This document shows, in pieces, positions 40,701 through 53,318 of a stretch of DNA of 64,000 nt (positions within the stretch are counted from its first letter, which is position 1; each line of letters starts with the position of its first letter). The stretch is from Balanoglossus misakiensis (taxonomy: Eukaryota; Animalia; Hemichordata). Under the pieces are notes generated by a model. It did not search any database. It was not told where the DNA came from and saw nothing but the letters and a program-made list of their open reading frames with translations. A program made the position numbers and the translations under genes. The stretch covers positions 4,996,760 to 5,060,759 of the forward strand of contig CM082576.2 of the NCBI GenBank assembly GCA_040954595.2. The letters run 5' to 3'.

Positions 40701-43700
40701 AAATAGCCTCAGGTTCTTTTCGGTCATCTCTTGTTTTAGGTATGCCCGTCTAGTCTTTTTTTACGGACCAATGATCTTATATATCTTCTTTTTTCTTGCC
40801 CATTGATCTCTTTGCCGAGACCTGCAGTAAGATACAATACGTTAATTGTAAATGGGAGGCTTTTGTGTAGAAAGACAAGCGACTTCAGATAAAGAAGCCA
40901 TTAATAGAAGGATGTAGCACTGGCTAGATAGTTTAATGAAGGATAAAATATCATAATGAAGGTAATGTCTCAGAAGAATTCACTTGAGGCTTTGGGATGA
41001 TCACAGAAGGTGTTATTTATTTTTGAGATGGTGGGAAATTGTGAAACACTGCAAGGCGCGCCCAACTGCATGATCATCTCTTGGGTGGCATGGCAACTTT
41101 TTTTTTTAACCGCATGTACTTGGTCCGTATAGTTAACAAAGAACACGGATCTCCTTCTCGTTATCCGATGCAACAATATTAACTTAACCGTCTTCAGTCG
41201 CTGCAAAGGTAACCAAAGCTTTGTCATTGCCCGGACCATAGAAAGGGGTAAATGAAAGAAAGTTTTGGCGATAACAAAAGGCATTGTTTGAAGAGTGATC
41301 TCAGGGATTGTACATTTTTTTATTTATATACGTTCCACCCTCCCTCCCTCATTCTACTCTTTTGCTGCAAGTTTATTGCCTGTTGCTTTTAAAATGCCAT
41401 TATTTTACCTGCCTGCAGTATTTGTTTTTCTGTCCAGACCAGTTTTTTTTTCACATGTAAACGAGAATGAAAGAAATAAAGCCACCCAGATTTTTCGTAT
41501 CCTTGATTGAACCTGGTCATGTGTTGAAGCCAATTATGTCGACGGGAATGAGAAATCTCAGCAGTGTGTCCATTGAAGAACAAAGTATTGTTTGAAATAT
41601 GGTCTTGTGGAATGCTGATCTTTCCACCCCCGCACATAGGTGCACCAGCTTTCCAACTTCATGATTTCTGAAGTAAACAATATTAATAGTTTGGCTGCCT
41701 GAGAGACCAGCATTTTTAAACTCCCATACAAATACAATAAATAAATACAAAATTTGATACTTCAAGTCCAAGGGGCTTTTCGTAGGGATATATTGATTTA
41801 TTGTGTAAAGTTGTTGACTGTAAGGATGGTATCAATTTAGGTAAATATTGTTCTGTCAAAATTTGCCTCAGAGATTTTATCAAAAATTTGATAGGTGTTC
41901 CTTTGGAGACGGTGTGTTTTTCTCTCAAAAATTGGCCATTCTTGTAAATTCCCACGGACTGAGCTGCTTATCTAATACCAGTCTGTCTACCTTTTTAGAC
42001 AACTGTTGCAATATCAGGCAATTGGCCTCTCGGCGTTGTCCCATTACACAGTAAGTGATGACAAAAGCAGAATAAAGGCCAGCCAGAGCCGTAGGGGGAA
42101 GAGGGGTGCTCAGGTGAGACCAAACGAGGTGTGATCAGAACCGTGGGAAAAGCAAACTAGTGCTTGAGAGCCTTATCACAAACTGATAACCTGTTCGGTA
42201 AATCGTGATCTTGAGAGGGCAGAATTGGACCCAGCCAATGCCGTGACAAGCAATTTACTGCAGATATGTGCTATCCCCACAGTCCATTCACAAAACACAC
42301 TGACAGCGCAGCATAATTACCTGAAGTGGGCATTATTTCGTGATTGATCTGAGGCTCCATGGAGTCACTTGGACATTAAAGGCTGTGTATCTATTCAACT
42401 CATCTCCACAAACACCCACCCTTCTGCCGTTCTGTGCTTTTATATTTGTAAAGAAATGTTTGACTTTGTGACCGGTGTCGGGTGTGAGATATGTTCATAG
42501 CACAGACCAAATACCAGCTTTATATTGATGTCAACGCAACATCGAAGCACGGTAGGGTCTGGTGACCCTGCTTCAGCCACTGAGATTCCAGCATGAATAG
42601 TCAGTGCTATTTTTACATCCGTACTTAACTTTTTTGGAAAATAATAGCTGTGGGAAAGAGACATAGTTTGGCAACCTGGTTTATGATGTGTAAACGACAT
42701 ACAAAGTGCATGGAGATGGTCTTTAATGCCAAGTGCATAAAAAGATAATTCATCTATAGTCTGATGATCTCGACCTAAAACCGACTGGCTGACTGTTTCT
42801 CAGCTAGACCACTGAACAGATATGGGACCATCTAACAATACTTCAAAGAGCTGGTCACTGCATACGACCACCTCTGCTGTGGTACAGCACAGCCACTCAT
42901 GCAAGAGACTGCAAATCACCATGGTAACCTAACTGTCAAACTTTCTCCGTAGCAATCTATAACTATTTCCTGTGGCAGTTCTGAAAAGGGGGCAGTCTTG
43001 AATGCTGTCAAATGCAGTTTAGATACAGCTACTGTCCTATTTGCTACTTGGGGAGTTGTTTGTAGTGAGAAGTATTGAACAATAAACAGTGGTAATTCAT
43101 TTAATTGAGGTAGGCGGTTCAATTAACAGTGTTGTTGTAAATTTGACAGCTCCTCCCAGCTGTAGTCTGAATTCACAGGCACTTGTGTGCTGGATAGTCT
43201 TGCTCAGTACAGGTCGATATACAGTATAGTCAGTGCAACCAATCCTTATATTTATAACCTTCAGGTTGAGACGATATTGCCAGCACAATTATTGTGCCTG
43301 CATGTGTCTGAACTGCAAGTTATCATGATATGTCCAGTTTTTTGCACTGTGATGTGATGAAAGTGACCAGGCTTATTTCATCAAATTGATCGAGTGTCTC
43401 TCATTCTCTCATACCAAAAAAAAAAGATTTAGCCACAAGTGAACTACAATCAAAGCTGAGCTAGCTAGGTCATGAGAATAAATTTGATGGACTTGATAGG
43501 ATTGTATACATTGCAGCCACTGATCTGTGGTAATCCCACAATCATGGGTCTGGTATCAGCACAAGGACGTATTATTGGTAAATTAACCAGACACATTTAA
43601 TTTCTGGTCATGGTTTTTTCCCCCCAATAATGCCAGTTGCCACCATAGCAACAGATTGATAAGGCTGGCAGTATCGGGTCCAATTACTGCCAGAGAAGCT

Positions 43701-46700
43701 TACATATGGCAAGTCAATCTCATGGTGGGATATATTTTAGGTGGTGATGCAACTTGGGCCCACCCCTCTAGCCCCAAGAAAGAGAAATCTACAAGGTGGC
43801 CAGTTTTCAGTGTCCCTTGACGACAGTTGCCTAGACAGCAGTATCTTATTAACATTCGGAAGTAATTAAACTGATATATGGGGGACATCCAAACACAGAC
43901 AATCCAACCATTTATTAGGAGTGGTTGGGATCGCTCTGGGGCTATTCATGCAGTGACATCCCAAGATGTACAAGTTGGTTTCCCAATAGAGGAGGGGTGG
44001 GGGTGGGGCTAGAACCCTGTCTACTCACAGGAACTTGATCAAGACATGTTACACTTTAAACGCCTGGTCAGAAAACGCTTTTCTTTTTTGCCCTCAGCTG
44101 TTATGTAGACTGGTGTCTGGCACAGCTCAGCTCATAGCTTGCAAGAGCTTGCAAATGGTTCTGTAGTACAGCACGTGGGACATGTCAGCCTTGTAGCTGC
44201 AGGGAAACTGTCGCTCTGGTCAAAATAATACATTTTAATTGTTACATCCAGAGTCGCTCAAATTGGCCAATGGAGATCTTCTGGGTATCATCAATATAGC
44301 GATGAAGTCGGGACGTAATTAAATTTTGACATTCACTGATGCAATTGGACTAGACTAGAAGAGTATGAATTGTTTTCCCATCTCCATTATATCAGAATGT
44401 TTAGAGTAGCAATCAGATGTTTCCCTTTTGGCATTCCCATTGTTTCCATTTTCAGACATTTAGTGTTAAATTCCCCATTGTAAAATTAAGTCTCGGCTCT
44501 TGCTCACATAATAACAGGCAAATACCAACATTTTTCTGAGACGAAATTCCTGGAGTTCTTCGTAAGGTCCAGTATGTGGGAGGAATAAGAAGATTATGGT
44601 AACAAACGCAGTGTGGTCGACTTTCCCCATGATTATCAAACAAACATTAATTTCGGAAAAAAAGGACAGGAAAAAACTCTAGAATCTGAGAAAAATTTGC
44701 ATCATTCAGTAATCGTTATTTCTTTGCATCTGCGTGCAGCATTGTGCAATATCCTCAGTGCATGAGATACCAATGGTACTCTATTTCAGTTTACCTTCTC
44801 AAATCACTTACTAGTATTTACAACTTTACCATTTACTTGTCTGGTAAAAAAAGATCCAAAAAAGTTTCATAATCACAGGATATATTTCAAATTTGAAGGT
44901 GCAAGATTGCAGATCTGGACAGAAAGAGGCAAGTTTTATGTGGTTTGTTGTTGGAAAGTGAGTCGGCATTGAAGCGCTGAAATTTAATCGGTCAGATTAA
45001 ATGACTGGTTACTAGAAAACTATGTAGTCCTACATGTAGGGTAATACACCATCCATAATGGTGGTACAGGTTTCTCCTTTATACTGTGAAGTACTTGTCC
45101 ACTTCTCAATGCTTTTACAGACAGGGATACATTGTTAGAATTACGTACGTCAGGCACTTTGTATACAGCCCGCGCCTAAAAACATATCCACCGTTTCTAG
45201 ATTACATCAACCATGTACAGTAGTTGTGTCTTTTCTGCTAAGCAGATTTTATTAGACACTGTGTGGTTCAGTGCAGTGCCACACGCGATCATTGGCCTGG
45301 TTGTCATGGATATCTTTAAAGAGTGACTAAAGAGGAGATTGGTTTTATCTCGTTGAAAATTGCTTCTTAAAATGTTACTATGGCAAAGTAGAGTATAAGA
45401 GACTGATATCAGAGTACACATTAATTTTATATGCATGTTTCTTTTCCACTAAATCATGCAACACAACTTTGTTACTAGGTTCTGCTGAAGTAGTTGAAAC
45501 TTGTAAAGTGGTTGATGTTGTGAAGAGCACAGACGGCCAGGTCTTGACTTTTTCAAGATCAGACTTGGTGATGATGTTGTAATGACAGGAGGCATTTGTA
45601 TATTCTTTGAAGAAGTACTTCCAGTTAATTTCTGTGTGAGATATATATCCTTCGTTATGTGTGTGATCATCGCAAAACTCCCCGAGTTTGTCAAAGTCAC
45701 GCTGGTCAAGGTCAAAGTTCACCAGAGGTGAACCGGTGCCTCAGAGTTGAGGTTACAGTAATTACTGCATTTTTGGGGCTCTGACAGTGATGTAAAACAT
45801 GCATTTTATTTCACTTGTTGAGAGTTCATCGAGATCGATGATGTTTTATTTTTTTTCTGGGTTGTTAAAGCTTAGTGCATGAAAAGAAGGGCACTTGAGA
45901 CTGATGCCAGAGTTCTGGCTGATGAGAAAAATTGACTGCTGCAACAGATTGGACTCAAGTACGAGCATTACAATGATATCCAATCCGAGCATTTAAATCA
46001 TTGCCACTCTTGACAACCAATTTTAGTTTTAAGTCTCTCGGTTTCATTTTCAATGGGAAAGCCCTGTCTTTTGCTATTGTGATTGTTGCCAAATGTGCTA
46101 CAAGTGCGAAGCTGGTTCAAGAGATTGTTTTGAGACTACTTTGGCAGTGAAAACATATGAGAAATCTCCCAGACGGTGGTTGGTGGCTGCACTCATGGTG
46201 TGCCTCTGTTGTGTGCTTGACAATCATGTTGTTGACATATGGTGGGCTTTTCTGTAATGATCACTGACTTTGTCGCCACGTGTCAACCAAATGACTGGAA
46301 TGACTTGGTGTTTTTTTTTACTGAATTAAAAAAAGGGAATCCCATTTAAATGTCATGGCCAACTCAGAGGGTATATATGCATTCTGATGAAATCAGAATA
46401 TGATAGCACACAGTTGTGCCAGTATAGATGAAGAATTCCATGCAAAAAAAAGACTTCAATCCCTGTCATGTGTAATCGTTGATGTATTTTACCAATGGGC
46501 ATGCATTCTGTATTTGGTAACCAGTGCTAATTAGCTCACTTCCTAGTTTCAAAAACAGGTTTACAAAATATGCTCTGATAACATTCCACAAAGTAGGGGT
46601 ATGTTTGTACATCTAGGCTAGAGTACACAGCGTGTAGCTCCGATGTTGGCACACAGTGTAGTTGATACACCAAAAATTAACGCCTTCATACCAGCTACTA

Positions 46701-46792
46701 TTTGCTAGCTGGGAGAACAGCAATTCTGTGAATTTCTAATTTAAAAAATATGATATTTAGAAGTACAGGAGTTTGGACGTTTGTTGGATGGG

Positions 46793-46884
46793 TAACCCTT
46801 TCACCACCATGGTTTGATCCAAATCTGTATTGTTTTCTATGGTAAAGTTGGACCTCTACACCGGGAAACAGGGGTGAAAGAGAT
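46793..46884 (+). mobile_element. About 90-bp MITE with (T)AACCCTTTCACC...GGTGAAAG termini (piggyBac-like ends)
   Basis: Terminal inverted repeat CTTTCACC / GGTGAAAG. A diverged reverse-orientation relative lies at 2103-2190. The superfamily assignment is inferred from the TAACCC end. Confidence 0.55.
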
Positions 46885-47844
46885 CTCTCATAAATGGTGA
46901 TTTCTCAGTACATGTATTCAGCTTCTAACTTTAAGCTGGACCAAAAGTTCATTTGGAGCATAGACTGATATATGTTACATGTGACAGCAGTGATGGGCTA
47001 TGATTAGCTTAGTAAGAGACAGGGATGAAGATATGTGGAAGAACTGAGTAACTGACGGATGACATTTATACTCCTGTGAAGAGGATATGTAGGATGAAAT
47101 TTAAACTCTGATCAGCTTGATGAAGCTGTTTTCTATGATGTAAGATTGCCGTCATTCATGTATCAGGTGACATCCAAGTGGAACTTATACAATCTCTATA
47201 ATCCATAAAACAAATTCATATATCAACGAAAAAATCTCTATTAGGAACTTTATTGGGTTTTCTCAGTTTACTGGGAAATAAAAATTATCAACTAAAATGA
47301 CACAAGAGGTGAGACTTATTGGTATTATCAATTCTGATTGCAGCGTTTTTTAGATATGGGGAAAATCATATGACTTAGAACACACTTCGTGACAATAAAC
47401 AACTCTTAACCTGTGTGTATTTGCGGTTTCAGAAGTAGGGGGCTTGATCAATGGTCAAATAGTCCACCCACATAACTTTTGTACTGTGTTTATCTTTGGC
47501 GTTTTTTTCCCACTCTGCAAGCTTGGTATTTTAACACTGCATTCGACATACAAATTCCTTAAGGCAAAATTTATACTTCCGACATCTGCGATGGGATTAT
47601 AGTTTACTACCGAATTAAAAAACCTGTTATGTGTAATTTGAAAGAAATCTTTCTCAAATACAGTCTGAATACAAAAGAATAAACTATGTCACTTAGTTTT
47701 GGTGTAGTTTCAGCACTTGGCAGCTTCTGGCAATTCTTATCCTGTCTTTGCTACCACACACTTATGAGAAAATCTTTTGAAAGGTTAGAATTTCTTTTAC
47801 GAGGACAGAAGCAAATAACCTTTTTTTGCTCTTTTCTCTTTCAG

Positions 47845-47899
47845 ATGTCATTTACATTAATATTAAAAATTGTTGATAACGATAACACGTCTTCTTCAG
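47845..47899 (+). CDS. JAG: Jagged exon 3: C2 domain strand (MSFTLILKIVDNDNTSSS)
   Basis: Long polypyrimidine acceptor cttttctctttcag|ATG and donor G|GTGAGT, 55 nt, phase 0-1. Aligns with JAG1 RSYTLLVEAWDSSNDT and links exons 2 and 4 in frame. Confidence 0.9.
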
Positions 47900-48386
47900 G
47901 TGAGTAAAGAATAACCAAACATATTTTATCTTTTATAAGAGACTGGTATTCTTGCAAGAGAAAAACTTGAAGTAAATGGATGCATTACATTATAAAATTT
48001 CTGAAAGACAATAAGGCCAACAGAATATCATCCAGGATATTTTACTCTCTTGAAATGCAAAGTAAACAGTGGAAATTGATTGGATTTCTTGGTTTTATAC
48101 ATTGCCCTGATTGATGGATGTTTTTTGCATACTAAAAAGTTAAAATTACATTCCCATCAAATTTTAATGACATATATTAACTGAAATAACAACCACAGCA
48201 CAGCAGTGGTTAACCTGAATATTTCTTCAATGTGACACAAAAATATGTAACAGTAAACTACATGTAGTTGTTGACATTTACAAAATGTGATGAAATGTCT
48301 GTACATGCTGTGTTATCTGTTAACTGCATGTTGACTGATAAACATTTCAAGTATAATTTAATATCGCTGTTTTGTTTTTTTCGTAG

Positions 48387-48641
48387 CTGCTGAAGAACTT
48401 ATTGATATTGCGACACATTCGGGATATATTAATCCTGGGCCAATATGGCAGACACTGAGTTTTAACGAGAGGGTCGTGGAAATTACTTACAAAATAAGAG
48501 TGGTTTGTGATGAAAATCACTACGACACAAACTGTTTGAAATTTTGTAAGCCACGCAATGACACTTTTGGGCATTACTCGTGTGACTCCAACGGTGACAA
48601 GATTTGCAGTCCTGGCTGGACAGGAACTACATGTGAGAATG
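48387..48641 (+). CDS. JAG: Jagged exon 4: end of C2 plus DSL domain (...[49 protein letters not shown])
   Basis: Acceptor tttttttcgtag|CT and donor G|GTAAGT, 255 nt, phase 1-1. Six-cysteine DSL pattern with FC.PR.D.FGHY.C. Confidence 0.97.
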
Positions 48642-50171
48642 GTAAGTCTATAGATTTGTCTCCATCTTTCTTTTATAAATTGTATCACCCGGTCGTTGGC
48701 GCTCTATGTCATTTTGAGTTTCCCTTTCCCGTGCCTGGTATGCCGGCATGTGATGCTCAGACAGGAAACAATATTTTCAGCCACGACAAAAAAAAACCCA
48801 TAATAGATGATGGAGGGATACAAATTTATGTTGTGTTGAGAGTGAGGTTTAATATACAGGTATGTACGGATGGATGGACAGTTGGAGTACTTCGTATCAG
48901 TTAAGGTGTGATTTATGTGTTGACCAGACACTGTTAGGCATCTTCAGTCCAGACATTTTGGATGAATAGGACAAGATTGCACAAGTGCTGTATCAGTATT
49001 TGGTGACCCAGAAAACCCTCCAAGCTGCTGTTGAGTAGTTTGACCCAATGACACCACACTGACTGACTGACTACGTGCGACTAAATGTTGTGACACTTGC
49101 GGGAGGATACAATGTAGATCAGACTTCTGTTTGTCCATTTTGGAGATTTATTTGACATAATTATCAATAAAAAATGCGGAACCTTGGCCTGGTCCGCTTT
49201 CTTGACTTCTGAAACATATCCAAGGTCCACGTAAAACAAAAATGCTGATCCAGTCTGGCATTAATTTGTTTTGCATCAGGGAAGAACTTTGGCCAATCGA
49301 TATCCTAGCTCAGCCAAATAATATGCGACTCACCGTACTCTTTTCTAGTGTTGACAAATCTAGTGCAGGCAATAAACTTTTCCAAGTGCCTTAGTTCTTC
49401 ATCAGAGCTACATTTAATTTCAGTGGATATTTCTTATTTTTCAAATATATGGACAACTAAAAATTGACAAATAACCTCTGAGCTTTTGACGGATGACTTG
49501 AGATAACCTTTTTATGGCTTCTTCAGTGTACAACAATTTCTTGTCGTCGTCCCTGAAACATATTGAAGTACTTGGTATTTGGCTCATTGAAATAGGCACA
49601 GTATCCACAATTATTTTGGCAGTTGGGTGAATTTAGATCTAAATTTGAATGTGGTCCGTTGTCCTAGCTGGTACAAAATACTGAATGCACAAACCTTGGC
49701 ATATTAAAAACTGTCATTACAACATAACAATGGAAACTTGGGGCAAAATATTGAAGGTTAATACAGCTGGGCCTTTTGATGTACATTGTATATAGTTGTA
49801 AATTTAGATGTGATAATGTTTCTTTGCATTAGGCCAAGATAGTTAATTGACCCATCTCATGGAGATCAGGTTGCCCTCAGTTGTCAGCTGCATTTTCATT
49901 CTGGTGACTAAAGATGCCTGCAGTTTTGGCTTTGACATTCAGAATTAGTGGCATACCATTGTAGAATAATTGATAGACCCGCTGTCATAAATCAAGGTTG
50001 TCCTCTGTCAACACTTGCATGTTTTCCCTCATTGTCGTAATGAACTTGAGAAACTCACTGTGATACACACAAATTGGCAGCCAATTGAACCAGAGCTGCC
50101 AGTACACATGCACAGGTTGTCATTGCCCTGAACATTTGTCTTCAAGTTTCATCTTTTTCTCTTGTTTCTAG

Positions 50172-50232
50172 CAATTTGCAGGCAAGGATGCGATGCCATA
50201 CACGGATATTGTCATGTTCCGAATGAGTGCAG
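50172..50232 (+). CDS. JAG: Jagged exon 5: EGF1 (DOS), AICRQGCDAIHGYCHVPNECR
   Basis: Acceptor cttgtttctag|CA and donor AG|GTACGT, 61 nt, phase 1-2. Matches JAG1 AICRQGC...HG.C..P..CR. Confidence 0.95.
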
Positions 50233-50285
50233 GTACGTACATACATACACGTCTCCATTCTCACCTTCTATTTTCAGCCAGCAGG

Positions 50286-51848
50286 TGTGGGAATCTCTGT
50301 GCAAGGTAGTTTCCAGTGCTTTTATTGCCTACCCTGAGGTAATAGCCAATTTTAGCCTCCATTCTCCTTACATCAGAGTAGCGCTTGTGGGCTTAATAAC
50401 CTACCAACCTGTGACTACACCCATCATGGGATGGTACCTACCCCAGGGTGTACACGGCAACATAGCAATTTTAGCTGCTAGCAATAAACAGTGTTTGTTT
50501 ATAGTTTTCAGATAAAGGATCCTTAAACTTTTGATTTATTTCGTTGAATTTCACAGTTTATAATAAAATACTAGAATTTTTTATTGTTGGATTTCTTACT
50601 GATCCGGCTTTAAATATGTTGGTCATGCAAGTATTCTCTGGAACCAAAGGAACATGCAATTTTAATCCCACCAGCCCACCCTATCTCTGTGATATGGATC
50701 CGACCCACAATGGGACCAAACCAAATTGTTATCATGAAAGGGTCAGGAGAACAACCATTTCTTGTGTCCATTGTGGATTTTTCTAAATGTTTGTAAACAC
50801 TGAAATACTTTGCCTCAATTCAAGCGGATATAGTGTGAGAAAGTCTGGAGGATTTGTTGGGAAAGTATACAGTTCACTAATCTGCTTTAAAAGTTTTATA
50901 TGATATTAATTCTTCCAAATTGATGTCTTTGTCTGACATCAATACTTAAATGCGTGTAGTCGCATTGAAAGCTGATATGATTATCTCCTGATCTGAAGGC
51001 ACCAATTGCTACTGGAGGTCACTTTAAATCCTTGAAGAAAGGGAAATTTTGCTTGAAGAATGCTGTGGGAAATTGAAGTCTGGTAGGGAGCTGATAAGAA
51101 TGATCTCTTATTAGAGCGGCATAGTTGTCATGGTTATGTAACTCTCCCCTGGCACTGCTATCCCACAATGCAACACAGGCTCTTTGGGTCAGAAATCTGT
51201 GAGAAAGTTGGATTTTGTGATTAGGAGGGAATGTCTGAGAGTTATAAGCATAAATAGAAGTTTTTGTGAGGATTGGTAGTCAGGCCAGGGCATCCTGTAT
51301 TAAAATAGTTTGTGTTGGGTATATGAGTCATGATCAAGGGCAATTTTTGTGTCTTCTGAGTGTTCCAGTTTGAGTCAGATCTGGACCGATGACCGGGGAG
51401 AACCTGTCTCCTGTCGCCAGCGAGGATTTCGAAAGTTACTCAGAATCACGTGTTTGTCACTTTATGTGCAGAGGGTACAAGTTCCACAGGTGGCTGGTAA
51501 TACCACGACTGGCAACAATACCAGGTCAAAGGTCACCATTGTCAACTTGTTGGTGCAAGCTTATGTATACCTTTCCCACACTACTGTATTACGCATTGTT
51601 GCTATGTAGCTATTTATAAGTCACAGAAGAGCACAAGTCTGGCGAGGCTTCCTGTTTGGAAGGGGAGGGGTTCCTGGTGTTAATTTCAAATTTATCTGTA
51701 AAAAATTGCGGTAATTATGCGATACAGATAGAACCTAGCGTAGCGTGGGAATTTGACTTTTTTCCTTTGTCTTCTTCGGATGGACCTAGGTTACAAGGTA
51801 CAAGATGTGGAATTAGTTGTGATAATAGTACTCTTGCGTGTGTGGGAA
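50286..51848. promoter_or_regulatory. Su(H)/CSL (RBPJ) site cluster in intron 5, candidate Notch-responsive enhancer
   Basis: YGTGRGAA matches at 50286, 50834, 51064, 51198, 51573 (- strand), 51744 and 51841. Confidence 0.65.
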
Positions 51849-53238
51849 CCTCAATAAATCTGTCAGGCTGAGTCCGCCAAATGAACTGAAATCACTCTGA
51901 CATAATCTAGCCCAGACAATATTTTGAAGCCCCCTGCATTCCAACAGACTGCAGCAGTTGCATGTGTATATACGCACACACTGGCTGGAACGTACCCTCT
52001 GATCATCTGTCAGCCGGGCCCCAGAGCTCATGAAAGACGGCTATTTAATACAGTCCTAGTGTTTGCGCCCCAGTCGAAATACCGTGTACTTGACAACAGG
52101 TATAAAAGAGGCGAATCAAGAGTGATGTATTTCTAATGTGTTTTTGAAAAGCCTAGAACTATAAAGGGCAAGTTTGAAAGTGGTCAATCAGTTCGCTTTT
52201 TGTCAATATTTGTGAAGTTCAGCAATAAAAGTTAAGTGCAGGAGAAAGCTTTTGTCAATGAAAAACAAACAAACAGTGTTTATCTGAATGAATGTTTGTT
52301 GGAGATACCGGCACAGACTTATTGGTCAGACTTGTTGTATGTATGCCAGTACTTAATTATAGATAACCATGGTCAAATAGCATTTTTTTTGTATACACAA
52401 GAAAATTTACAAGAGTCAAATGCTCCTTAAAGTCAGACTGCGATTGAACTGGAGGCCTTCAAAAGAATTAAGATTAAATATGACTTATGTTAAAAAGAGA
52501 CAGCTACATGTATAGCTCACACCAATACAGTTTTAATACTATAAAATATAATACATGGATCAACATCAGTATATTTGTCAGTTGAAGTTATTTATAGTTT
52601 TCAGGCCTTCATTTACAACCCTTTTTCCCTGTCAAGACTGTATAATCTTCTATTCTGATTTATAGATGGATATTGATTAGTTTATTTTGTAATTCACTAA
52701 GGTGTCAACACTCGCAGTTTTCTGATGTCACTCAGCCTTGGCTTGGCTTGTTCAAAATGTACTGTGGTCCGAGAAATTGCTTTGGAATGAAATTATATTA
52801 AAATCAGTTTAGGCTTTATAGTTGCTCCAATTAGGTCAGCAAGAACATATAGGGAGTTGGTCTGAGGGTGGTCAGTAAACTATTCAAATTTAATTTTACA
52901 TTATCGCTTTGATTCATAAAAAAAGATCAAAATATAGCATTTTTAGTGTGTGGTTTTGACCTACATACAAGAAAAGTGGGTTGAACGTGTTACTGTTTAA
53001 AATATTGGAGTAAAATCTACCTATTTCTGCAAGTGTTTTGTTCTACCTACAAAAAAAATTATGTTGGCCATGTTAATTCTCCAGTAACTATTTGATCAAA
53101 GTCTGCACGGTTACTAGTAACCGTGAAGTCTGGCAATTTTCTGTGTAATTTTGATCCACATAGTGGAAAAATTGGCCAAAAAAATTATGACTTGCTCTTG
53201 GAACACTTTTCACAATACTGCAAACATATGGCAGTGCC

Positions 53239-53318
53239 TGGTCTAGAATCCAGACTTGTGTGTTTTTCACTATGTGTGGAGCATAGTGGAAAACATATAA
53301 GTCTGGCATTCTGGACTA
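53239..53318. mobile_element. 80-bp fully palindromic MITE of the same family as 24686-24743
   Basis: The left arm 53241-53268 is 27/28 identical to the reverse complement of 24714-24741. The flanks GGCAGTGCC / AGCGGTGCT are a decayed 9-bp TSD (6/9 identical, all differences are transitions). Confidence 0.75.
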
